Under the pieces are notes generated by a model. That model searched no databases. It was not told the origin of the DNA and worked only from the letters and a program-made list of their open reading frames with translations. The position numbers and the translations under genes are program-made. From Octopus sinensis (lineage: Eukaryota), in assembly GCF_006345805.1 (NCBI RefSeq), contig NW_021828139.1, positions 1 through 9,056 of the forward strand: a DNA stretch of 9,056 nt, read 5' to 3'. Positions 1-7,624 of the stretch are shown one piece after another. Each line of letters opens with the position of its first letter. The stretch's first letter is position 1.

Positions 1-39
1 ATATATTATATATATATATACAATAAGTCTGCATGTATT

Positions 40-414
40 TATTCTTTTATTTGTTTCGGTCGTTGACTGCGGCCATGCTGGAGCACCGCCTTTAGTCGAA
101 CAAATCTACTCCAGGACTTATTCTTTGTTAGCCTGGTACTTATTCTATCATTGATTTCTGCCGAACCGCTAAGTTACGGGGACGTAAACACACCGACATC
201 AGTTGTGAAGCGATGGTGGTTGACAAACACAGACACACACACACACACATACGAAGGACTTCTTTCAGTTTCCGTCTACCAAGTCCACTCACAAGGCTTT
301 GGTCGGCCCGATGCTATAGTAGAAGACACTTACCCAAGGTGCCTACGCAGTGGGACTGAACTTGGAACATGTGGTTGGAAGGCAAGCTACTTGCAACACG
401 GCCACGCTAGTACC
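40..414 (-). mobile_element. tRNA-derived CORE-type SINE, near full length (octopus OR-like family)
   Basis: Reverse complement aligns along its length with 6651-7024. On the minus strand: A-box-like TGGCCGTGTTG, B-box-like AGTTCAGTCCC (352-362), CORE-like CCTTGGGTAAGT, an internal (TG)n tract and the shared tail GCTCCAGCATGGCCGCAGTCAA. Family name is from recall. Confidence 0.88.
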
Positions 415-451
415 TACACATATATATATATATGTGTGTATGTATAATCAA

Positions 452-622
452 AACAAAAGATGAAGACGGGTGTAAGTAACAAACAGATGTGTTAGTTTAA
501 CGCTCGGGAAGTGAGAAAGTCTGTTATGTTTCGAGCCTGAGGTCTTCGACAGAAAGGGACACAGAAATAAACAGGGAGAGAAAATAGAAAAAGGTTTAGT
601 GGCTAGCGATCTATCATGGCAA
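452..622 (-). mobile_element. Short repeat fragment between (TA)n tracts, probably a PLE pseudo-LTR piece
   Basis: Bounded by TA-rich tracts and contains a hammerhead-like motif (520-553 minus), as PLE terminal repeats do. No coding remnant seen. Confidence 0.4.
520..553 (-). ncRNA. Minimal type I hammerhead-like motif, non-canonical core
   Basis: Minus strand reads TCTGT-CGAAGA-CCTCAGGCTC-GAAA-CATA-ACAGA. TCTGT/ACAGA forms a perfect 5-bp closing stem, but the core departs from CUGANGA and stem II is weak. Confidence 0.35.
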
Positions 623-641
623 ATATATATATATATATATA

Positions 642-773
642 TGCGACATGGAGAGATGGAAAAGCAGCTTAGACTCTACTACATATCTAAACTCAAGGAC
701 AGAACTTTTCGGATCATGCCCATATGTGACAAAATTTTTGTTACGTTTTTGGTCCCCCCAAGAATACAGATAG
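642..773 (+). pseudogene. C-terminal remnant of a Penelope-like element ORF (end of endonuclease region)
   Basis: Frame absent from the ORF track: CDMERWKSSLDSTTYLNSRTELFGSCPYVTKFLLRFWSPQEYR*. Resembles the PLE C-terminal pattern C..E[KR]...LN.R.EL...C.H..KFLL. Starts abruptly at a (TA)n tract, consistent with 5' truncation. Confidence 0.6.
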
Positions 774-929
774 AACTTGCTTTCTATATTATGTCCAAAA
801 AAGTTTTTTATCTCATTATACCTTTTATTTTTTTATATATTTTTATATTTTCACATAATTTTTTCTGTACTCTTCCATTCTGCATTTTTTCCTGTGCCTA
901 TATAGACGTGTATATAGATTCATTTGTAC

Positions 930-1430
930 ACGTGTGTGAATATGTATGAGTGGGCGGGTGTGTATGTATATAGATGTGTGTGAGCATAAGAATACATATA
1001 TATATAGACGTTTTTCCTTAGTATTTTTACAATTTTTCCGGGTTTTTCGCGTATGTATAATCTTTTTTGTGTTTGCGTGTGTGTGTATGCGTATATAAAC
1101 ATGTGCGGGTATGTACATATATGGTTGTGTGTGTATATGTGCATAAGGGCATGTCCGTATATGAACGTGGTTTTACGCTTTGTATACTTCCTTATGTTTT
1201 TTTCTGTATTGTTACCTTTAACCATGTTTTTTCTTGTGCTTATGCGTATATAGACGAATGTATGAACCTTTACGGTACGCGTGTGTGTGTATGAGTTTGT
1301 ATATATATGCGTATACATTTGGCGAAAAATGCGAGTGAAGATGTGTACGTTTTCATAGTGGCGTATACGTACGCACGTGGATGCGCGAGCGCACATGTGA
1401 GCGTATAAGTAGCCATACTTACGTGTTTAC
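930..1430. repeat. Degenerate purine-pyrimidine alternating (TG/TA/CG) low-complexity tract
   Basis: Repeated GTGTGTAT, GCGTATA and GTACGC words; source of several His/Thr/Tyr/Val/Cys-rich spurious ORFs. Confidence 0.8.
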
Positions 1431-1466
1431 TATGAACTTTCGACCTTAATTTATATAAGTAGCGTT

Positions 1467-1549
1467 TTTTCAGATGGCCAGATAACCGAAGAGATGATGT
1501 TGTGGATTTACACTTCGGCATCCGAAACTCAGAGTTTTATCTTGGCTAT
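1467..1549 (+). ncRNA. Degenerate hammerhead-like structured element
   Basis: ATGGCCAGATAA (1474-1485) pairs with TTATCTTGGCTAT (1537-1549). Inside: CCGAAGA (1486-1492), GATG/CATC stem, GAAAC (1524-1528). Core and cleavage site are non-canonical. Confidence 0.45.
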
Positions 1550-1858
1550 TGAATAATGGTAACATATTAATTTACAGATATATATATATTATATGAATAT
1601 GAGGTGAATATAGATTTATTATTTCCATGTGGTTTCCATATGATTACAGTTGTTTCGTCATTTCCCCCGTATAATATTAATTTCAGCATTCCGAATTATA
1701 TACATACATTCTACATCAATATGCACGTTTAACATTATATAATACAGTTGTATGATTACATAGAGATATATAATAGGGAACACTAACTCGTGATTAAACA
1801 TATCGGAACACATTGGATATATTCAGGATTCAGTTGAATTTGGTAGTGAAGTGAAATT

Positions 1859-2016
1859 CTTCTGTCTGATGAAGTGTGCTAGTAATTCTAAAGGCCCAGT
1901 CTTTAGAATTTGGCCTCTAGAATTACGTGAAGCATACGCATGCCTGTGGAATACACAGCCACTTACAAAATTATTGAGCGAACAACTAGAATACCCATCG
2001 TCGAAACGGACGAAGG
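1859..2016 (+). ncRNA. Hammerhead-like motif with large structured stem II insert
   Basis: Canonical CTGATGA at 1866-1872 and GAAAC at 2003-2007. GTGTGCTAGT (1874-1883) pairs imperfectly with ACTAGAATAC (1985-1994). Internal hairpin 1884-1910. CTTCTGT/ACGAAG can close stem I. No canonical NUH cleavage triplet. Confidence 0.45.
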
Positions 2017-2446
2017 TTCAGTGAGTGAGTGTGTGTGTATGCATGTGCGCATGTGTGAGTGCCTTTGTATGTGTGTGTGTGATTGCGTGTGTGTATGAGT
2101 GTGCCTGATTTCTATATTTTTGTTTGTTTGAATAAATATAAGAATCAACAAAAACATGAGTTTTTCTTCTCCTCCTGTTCCCTCTTCACTAAATGCAGTC
2201 CGCATCAATTACAACAATCTCTTCCTCTCCCATTGTTAAAAAAATATGTCACGTGGTATTTCCAGTAATAACGCTTTCCCATTTAAACTAAAACATAATA
2301 GAATTTGCATTCTTTGTGCTGCTTCCTGAAACTATACAACAAGTCAGTTGTACTTTAAATTTTTAAATCTTTCTGTATTTTAAAATTTGGAATTACATTC
2401 AGAGTGAAAATAATAAAATGGACCAAAATTTATAATGACAGCCACT

Positions 2447-2496
<50 letters not shown>

Positions 2497-2507
2497 CAAC
2501 AATAAAG

Positions 2508-2565
<58 letters not shown>

Positions 2566-2648
2566 AGGAATAAGACCGAATCTGAGTCAAACCAAAATAA
2601 TAATGATAATAATAATAATGATAATATAATAATAATAATAATAATAAT
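2447..2648. repeat. (AAT)n microsatellite, interrupted
   Basis: Long AAT runs with AAC and GAT variants and a short unique interruption at ~2564-2596. Confidence 0.98.
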
Positions 2649-3084
2649 GCGTAATTACTGCGAAGCTTTTGTGTGATATTGTATTTCAGTGAGTAAGCCA
2701 CTATGAAGATAAATATAATTTGACTTTTTCAGTCCATAATAATAGCAACTTATAGTTCTGGTGATCATCTTTATTTTTATTTTAAATTTATTTGTTTTAT
2801 TCATTTATTTTTGTCTTGGTGTTTTAGCTTCATAGAAATTCATAGAATTTCTCCAGTCTCTTCTGAATTCCAATATCGTTTCGGCGGAAACAACGCCATC
2901 CATTTATTTCTGTAATGATCCTTAATATTAAAATTCAAAAGTTCATAATATAAATTTGTGCACACTGTGATGACGGGTGAGTTTCGGGATTTGGGGGGGG
3001 GTTCTTTTTTTTTTATTTTAGCCTGGCCTTTTCCGTGATGAAATGAAAACTATGTTTGGAAAAGGTTTGCTGGTGGCACAAATA

Positions 3085-3154
3085 ATCAGGGTAGAGGTGA
3101 GATCAGGGTAGAGGTGAGATCAGGGTGGAGGTGAGATCAGGGTAGAGGTGAGAT
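3085..3154 (+). repeat. 17-bp minisatellite, 4 copies (ATCAGGGTAGAGGTGAG)
   Basis: Units start at 3085, 3102, 3119 and 3136; a single A>G change in unit 3. Confidence 0.97.
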
Positions 3155-3341
3155 TAGAAATGTTTGGGAGGTCTGCAGGTGTCGCAGACGATCATGGCAG
3201 CAGTGTGATGCGTTGTATATGTTGAAAGTCTACTGACGGTATAGGCAACAAGAATAACTGGCACTCTGTCGGATGTGGGTTCCAGTCGATCTGATCAACA
3301 GAAAATCCGGCTTGTGAAATTAACGTACAAGTGGCTGAGTA

Positions 3342-4444
3342 CTCCACAGACACGCATACCCTTAACATAGTTACAGGGAGAATCAGCGTGGCACAGAATG
3401 GGAAAGGGCTGGCCTCTAAGTTACAGTTGCTACTCAATTTGCCGAAAATCTTGAAATTCCTCTTGCTACTGTTAATAGAATTATAGTGCAGTTCAAAAGC
3501 CAAGGAAAAGAATCGACCTGGGTCCACGGAAAGGAAGCTTCGTTGTTTGAAGAGAATTGTGGAAAACGAACTCCGTTCCAAGGCTTCTGTCATTGCAAAA
3601 CAGCTGGAAGTTAGTCCAAGAGCGTGTGTTACATATCTGCATAAGCTTGGGTATTATGGACGAGTAGCTAGAAGAAAATCTTTCCTTCAACCAATTAATT
3701 TCATGAAAAGAAAGAAATGGGCTGAGATGTCAGAAAAATCCAGTTCATTTTGGGATAGAGTGATTTTCTCAGATGAATCCAGATTTGCATTATTTTCAAA
3801 CAGTTGACGTGTTTGGGTCGGGAGGCTTCCCAATCAAGAATTTGATTTAAAACGACTCCAACCAACTGTGAAACATGGCGGTATCTCTGTAATGGTATGG
3901 GAAGCTGTTACCAGCAATGGTCGTTCTGAGCTGATCGAATGTGTTGAATCAATAAACTCTGAAAAGTACATCGAAATACTTAAGCAAGGACTACTTCCGA
4001 TGTCTTCACACGATAACATAACGAAAAATGAGCTTTTATTCATGGAGGATGGGGCTCCATGCTACTCAACGAAAAGGAATCAACAATGGTTGACTGAAAA
4101 TGGGATCAAAAAGCTTTCTTGTCTGAGCCAATCTCCTGGCACGAACTCAATTGAAAACTTTGGCGCATACTAGATAGAGCTATACGAAAAACTCGACAGA
4201 AACCTAAATCTAAAGAAGAATTGTTTCGATTGTTGCGTGAAAAGTGAGCAGAAATTCCACAAAGCTCATCAGTTCAATGCCAAAAAGAGTTTCTGAGTTA
4301 AAAACTGCAGAGGGAATGTCAACTAAATACTAAAGTAGGTAGTCCTACCTATCGATTACATTTCAATTGTTCGCTTTGCATATTAAATAAAATAAAATAT
4401 TGAAAATTAAAGGTATCTATTTACTTCTTGCATGTCTGTGTGTG
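3342..4444 (+). mobile_element. Tc1-family DNA transposon, decayed
   Basis: Contains the transposase relic. Left end TA-CTCCACAGACACGCA-TACCCTTAA (3340-3365) matches the reverse complement of the right end TTAAAGGTA...TGCATGTCTGTGTGTG-TA (4407-4446) with a 13-bp gap. TA at 3340-3341 and 4445-4446 are candidate target-site duplications. Confidence 0.8.
3398..4333 (+). pseudogene. Tc1-type DD34E transposase pseudogene
   Basis: HTH-like AENLEIPLATVNRII; ARRK; WDRVIFSDESRF (D at 3772); TVKHGGISVMVW; FMEDGAPCY (D at 4048); QSPGTNSIEN (E at 4153, 34 residues between D and E); C-terminus SMPKRVSELKTAEGMSTKY* (TAA 4331-4333). Broken by TGA at 3805 and 4245 and several frameshifts. Confidence 0.95.
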
Positions 4445-4670
4445 TATATATATATTTATACAGACCTACATATACATATATACAGACCTATTATATATAT
4501 ATCATATATATATATATACATATATATATATACATATATACATATATATACATATATACATATATATATATATACATATATACATATATACATATACATA
4601 TATATACATATATATATACATATATACATATATACAGACCTATATATATATATATATACATATATACAGA

Positions 4671-4720
<50 letters not shown>

Positions 4721-4783
4721 TACAGACCTATATATATATTTATATACATATATACAGACCTATATATATATATATATATATAT
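4445..4783. repeat. Compound (TA)n/(TATACA)n microsatellite with six CAGACC interruptions
   Basis: CAGACC at 4461, 4483, 4635, 4667, 4723 and 4755 within TA/CA repeats. Confidence 0.97.
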
Positions 4784-4890
4784 AAATAGTAAAGAGTGAA
4801 AAAACGACAGAAGGCTTAAATGTTAAAAAATATATATTTGCGTCAATATGTCTGAAGAATATTAGAAAATTTTTTAAACAAATTTTTTTT
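4784..4890 (-). repeat. Inverted repeat, left arm (PLE 3' terminus)
   Basis: AAATAGTAAAGAGTGAAAAAACGACAGAAGGC...GTCTGAAGAATATTAGAAAATTTTTTAAA is the reverse complement of 5473-5581, differing by one TA unit and a few bases at the inner end. Confidence 0.97.
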
Positions 4891-4914
4891 CCTTTATAAT
4901 GACATAATTTTTAA

Positions 4915-4962
4915 AGAAAGACCGTTTCGCATTTAGCTTTTCAAATTTCCTTGTGACGTTAT
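4915..4962 (-). ncRNA. Minimal hammerhead-like ribozyme, U3-A8 core variant, in PLE 3' repeat
   Basis: Minus strand: AAGGAAAT-TTGAAAA-GC TAAAT GC-GAAA-CGGTC-TTTCTT. Has a GUC triplet, a 2-bp stem II and AGGAAA/TTTCTT stem I. Position downstream of the endonuclease matches known PLE hammerheads. Confidence 0.55.
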
Positions 4963-5061
4963 GTTTATGTTTAATAGAGTTATCCTTGTGTTTAAGCTCC
5001 GGAGAGTTCTAAATAAGGGAAGGTAGTGGGTGATTTCTTCCGGTGTAAGGGAGATAATCGC

Positions 5062-5472
5062 TTAAAAATTTTTTTTCCTTTCCCTTAATGTGAATTTCTC
5101 TGTATCAGTATGTTCGGATGGTTTGAGTCTGGGCTTGTACTTTTCAATGAAGAATGTTTCCTTGTTTAGTCTAATTTGTGTTGATGATCCGAAGCACATT
5201 GGTAAAATGGAAAGATTAAAAATTGTGGTAGTAGTTGCTTTGCGCATTTCTCAATGTGCTCACTAAAAGGTATCATTCTATATTCTGGGAATGCAATCTG
5301 TTGTCGATGCAGTGTGCATCTACGTCTGAGTGATAGTCCCGTGGAACCCACGTAGTCTTGGTGGCAGCCCGAGCATTTTATGACATAAATTATGTTTTCA
5401 GAGGCACAAGTACAGTTAGATTTGATCTTGAATTTCTGTCCCTCTTTAAAGAGGAATTCTGATCCTTCTAGC
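5062..5472 (-). pseudogene. GIY-YIG endonuclease domain remnant of a Penelope-like element
   Basis: CTCASENIIYVIKCSGCHQDYVGSTGLSLRRRCTLH...SEH shows IY...YVG, the conserved Arg and the Cys/His pattern of PLE endonucleases. After one frameshift near 5170-5200 it continues RLNKETFFIEKYKPRL with the conserved Glu. No reverse transcriptase is present. Confidence 0.9.
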
Positions 5473-5581
5473 AAAAAAAAATTATTTAAAAAATTTTCTA
5501 ATATTCTTCAGACATATTGACGCAAATATATATATTTTTTAACATTTAAGCCTTCTGTCGTTTTTTCACTCTTTACTATTT
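5473..5581 (+). repeat. Inverted repeat, right arm (inverted copy of PLE 3' terminus)
   Basis: Reverse complement of 4784-4890; begins exactly where the endonuclease frame is truncated. Confidence 0.97.
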
Positions 5582-5620
5582 TTTATATATTCACGCACGT
5601 GCTTTCACAAACCAACTTTC

Positions 5621-5697
5621 TATATATATATATATTATATATATATATATATATAATATATATAATATATATTATATATATAATATATATATATTTA

Positions 5698-5757
<60 letters not shown>
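5621..5757. repeat. (TA)n microsatellite, imperfect
   Basis: Pure A/T alternating tract with phase slips. Confidence 0.98.
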
Positions 5758-6241
5758 TAGCTAACCTTAAATGGGAAGATCTGCAAACATATCTCTGACT
5801 TGTTTTGGAGAATTTGATGCAATTGCTTCCTCCCAGAGTCATATTCTAATGATGATTATATTCTTTGCAAAAAATCATGTAAAAAAATCGCCGTAAACAA
5901 TCGTAATAATGAAGACATAGGAATCCAAAATTTCAGGATTGCAGGTCCGGATTCGGCCCGGGATGCTTTTTAATTTACTCACGGAGTTAACCTTTAGAGT
6001 ATAAAAATTGTTGTCATACAAAGAAAATTTGTTGCAAAAAGTCACGTAAGGAAATCGCCGAAAACAATCACAGTAATGAAAACTTGGGGATCCAAAATTT
6101 CAGGATTGTGGGTCCGGATTCGGCTCGAAATGTTTTTAATTTACTCACAGAGTCAGCTTGATTCCAAAATGGTATGATATGTTGGGCTACGGCCTCTAGG
6201 AGTAAAGTTGGAAAAATGTGACACACTGACATTCACATTTA
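5758..6241 (+). mobile_element. Putative non-autonomous Helentron/DINE-1-like element with internal repeats
   Basis: Two diverged internal direct repeats, candidate subterminal inverted repeat TAAATGGGAA (5768-5777) / TTCACATTTA (6232-6241), 8-bp hairpin AAATGTGA/TCACATTT (6214-6240), AT-rich flanks. Class assignment is inferred from architecture only. Confidence 0.4.
5865..6159 (+). repeat. Diverged direct repeat, 2 x ~130 bp, period 167 bp
   Basis: 5865-5994 vs 6032-6159 share AAATCGCCG, ATCCAAAATTTCAGGATTG, GGTCCGGATTCGGC and TTTTTAATTTACTCAC. Confidence 0.95.
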
Positions 6242-6268
6242 TTATATTATATTATTATATCATATTAA

Positions 6269-6455
6269 GGCGACGAGTTGGCAGAATCGTTGGCTGTATT
6301 TTGTCTGCCGTTAGATTTTGAGTTCGAATTCCACCGAGGTTGACTTTGCCTTTCATCCGTCGGTGTCGATAAAATTAGTACTGGAGTCGATGTTATCGAA
6401 TTACTCCCTTCCCCAAAAGTTGAGTCTTTGTGCTTCCAGTAGAAAAGATTTATTA
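6269..6455 (+). mobile_element. Second tRNA-derived SINE family, internally deleted copy
   Basis: A-box-like TGGCAGAATCG (6279-6289), B-box-like AGTTCGAATTCC (6321-6332), central GACTTTGCCTTTCATCC...GTCGATAAAATTAGTAC resembling a widely conserved SINE central domain (Meta-type, from recall), and an ATTA tail. Confidence 0.8.
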
Positions 6456-6522
6456 AAGTTGAAGAAATGTGACATTTATTATATTTTATTTTGGGGAAAC
6501 TTTGTTTCAATTAGAGTGTACG

Positions 6523-6574
<52 letters not shown>

Positions 6575-6593
6575 ACAATAATATCTCTAAGCG

Positions 6594-6637
<44 letters not shown>

Positions 6638-6650
6638 TGTTGTGTGTGGT
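6523..6650. repeat. (TA)n then (TG)n microsatellites
   Basis: Direct reading of the sequence. Confidence 0.95.
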
Positions 6651-7024
6651 GTGCAGGAGTGCTGTGTGGTAAGTAGCTTGCTAACCAACCACATGGTTCC
6701 AGGTTCAGTCCCCCTGCGTGGCATCTTGGGCAAGTATCTTCTGCTATAGCCCCGGGCCGACCAATGCCTTGTGAGTGGATTTGGTAGACGGAAACTGAAA
6801 GAAGCCTGTCGTATATATGTATATGTGTGTTTGTGTGTCTGTGTTTGTCCCCCTAGCAACCGGTGCTGGTGTGTTTATGTCCCCGTCACTTAGCGGTTCG
6901 GCAAAAGAGACCGATAGAATAAGTACTGGGCTTACAAAGAATAAGTCCCGGGAGTCGATTTGCTCGACTAAAGGCGATGCTCCAGCATGGCCGCAGTCAA
7001 ATGATTGAAACATGTAAAAGAGTA
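6651..7024 (+). mobile_element. tRNA-derived CORE-type SINE, near full length (octopus OR-like family)
   Basis: Degenerate A box GTGCTGTGTGG, B box GGTTCAGTCCC (6702-6712), CORE-like CTTGGGCAAGT (6725-6735), internal (TA/TG)n and tail ending AAACATGTAAAAGAGTA. Homologous to 40-414 and 7625-7751. Confidence 0.9.
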
Positions 7025-7154
7025 TATATATATGTGTGTGTGTATGTGTATACATATGTATTAAAGAAAGCAAAAAATAAAACAAAAATGATAGTGTTCA
7101 GTATGTTGGCGACAGGAATTTCTGTCAAAGAGACATGCTCACAGTTGTACATCA

Positions 7155-7352
7155 TCCCCTCTTTCTCTCACATACCCACTGTTTCTCTCTCTTTTATTAT
7201 TACTCCCACCACCACCATCAACACTACTACCTTTAATAAAACATCGTCAACTCTCCCTTTGTCTCTCTCTTTTTCTCCCTCTCTTTTTCCTTCTCTCTCT
7301 ATCTTCGCCACAACATTCACTGTCTCTATGCCTACTATTACTCTCACCCCAT
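7155..7352. repeat. Pyrimidine-rich low-complexity tract (CT, CAC, TAC words)
   Basis: Strong C/T and C/A skew; degenerate (CT)n and (CAC)n. Confidence 0.7.
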
Positions 7353-7525
7353 CATGAGGAAAAGAAGGAGTGTCATTGAATAATGAGAGGGGGGTCTAAG
7401 TGTGTCACACTGACACACAGAAATTAGTTTTTGCATTCATTCTAATATATATACATACAGACCTACATATTTATATGTGTGAGTATATATATATATATAT
7501 ATGCGCATATATATGACATATTTCT

Positions 7526-7526
<1 letters not shown>

Positions 7527-7622
<96 letters not shown>
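7527..7622. repeat. (AGAT)n tetranucleotide microsatellite
   Basis: About 24 uninterrupted AGAT units. Confidence 0.99.
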
Positions 7623-7623
<1 letters not shown>

Positions 7624-7624
7624 T

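Larger units (their letters stand above)
642..1575 (+). mobile_element. 5'-truncated Penelope-like retroelement 3' end
   Basis: ORF remnant 642-773, then T-rich and degenerate (TG/TA)n sequence, then a hammerhead-like hairpin at 1467-1549. Flanked by (TA)n at 624-641 and ~1578-1590. Right boundary is uncertain. Confidence 0.5.
4784..5620 (-). mobile_element. 5'-truncated Penelope-like retroelement with inverted terminal segment
   Basis: GIY-YIG remnant on the minus strand, 3' region with hammerhead-like motif, and ~107-bp inverted repeat (4784-4890 / 5473-5581). (TA)n on both flanks. Confidence 0.88.

Noticed and set aside
151-447. 98-aa ORF, and ORFs at 6587-7085
   Set aside because: They lie within SINE copies and are chance translations of non-coding repeats.
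599-1521. Cluster of overlapping ORFs rich in H/T/Y/I/V/C
   Set aside because: Produced by stop-poor TG/TA dinucleotide sequence. The informative frame is 642-773, which is not in the track.
1640-1665. Minus-strand GACGAAACAACTGTA, like the 3' half of a hammerhead
   Set aside because: No matching CUGANGA box with stem I or II pairing could be found.
2399-2701. Poly-Asn and poly-Ile ORFs
   Set aside because: Translations of the (AAT)n microsatellite.
2872-2905. Minus-strand GGCG-loop-CGCC-GAAACGATA hairpin, hammerhead-like
   Set aside because: The upstream core (AAATGGAT) is too far from CUGANGA and there is no convincing stem I; at most a relic.
3085-3154. CRISPR-like appearance of short repeats (also 8643/8721)
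   Set aside because: The 17-mers are contiguous with no spacers, the 20-mer has only two copies, there are no cas genes, and the context is eukaryotic.
3805-3807. In-frame TGA as possible selenocysteine or readthrough codon
   Set aside because: The position is normally Gly in Tc1 transposases (GGA>TGA), and independent frameshifts already inactivate the gene.
3192-4043. Minus-strand ORFs overlapping the transposase
   Set aside because: Antisense shadows of the Tc1 coding relic with no recognisable motifs.
4400-4799. Three long Y/I/H/T ORFs
   Set aside because: Translations of the TA/CA microsatellite.
4784-5581. Novel TIR DNA transposon or homing endonuclease cassette encoding GIY-YIG
   Set aside because: The ORF is cut exactly at the right arm, and the Cys/His pattern and hammerhead point to a truncated Penelope-like element with an inverted terminus, a known architecture.
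6269-6340. tRNA gene (also the SINE head at 6651-6720)
   Set aside because: A and B boxes are present, but there is no complete cloverleaf and the sequence continues into SINE body.
6977-7357. 126-aa Ser/Thr/Leu-rich ORF
   Set aside because: Spans a SINE tail, a microsatellite and a CT-rich low-complexity tract; no domain signal.
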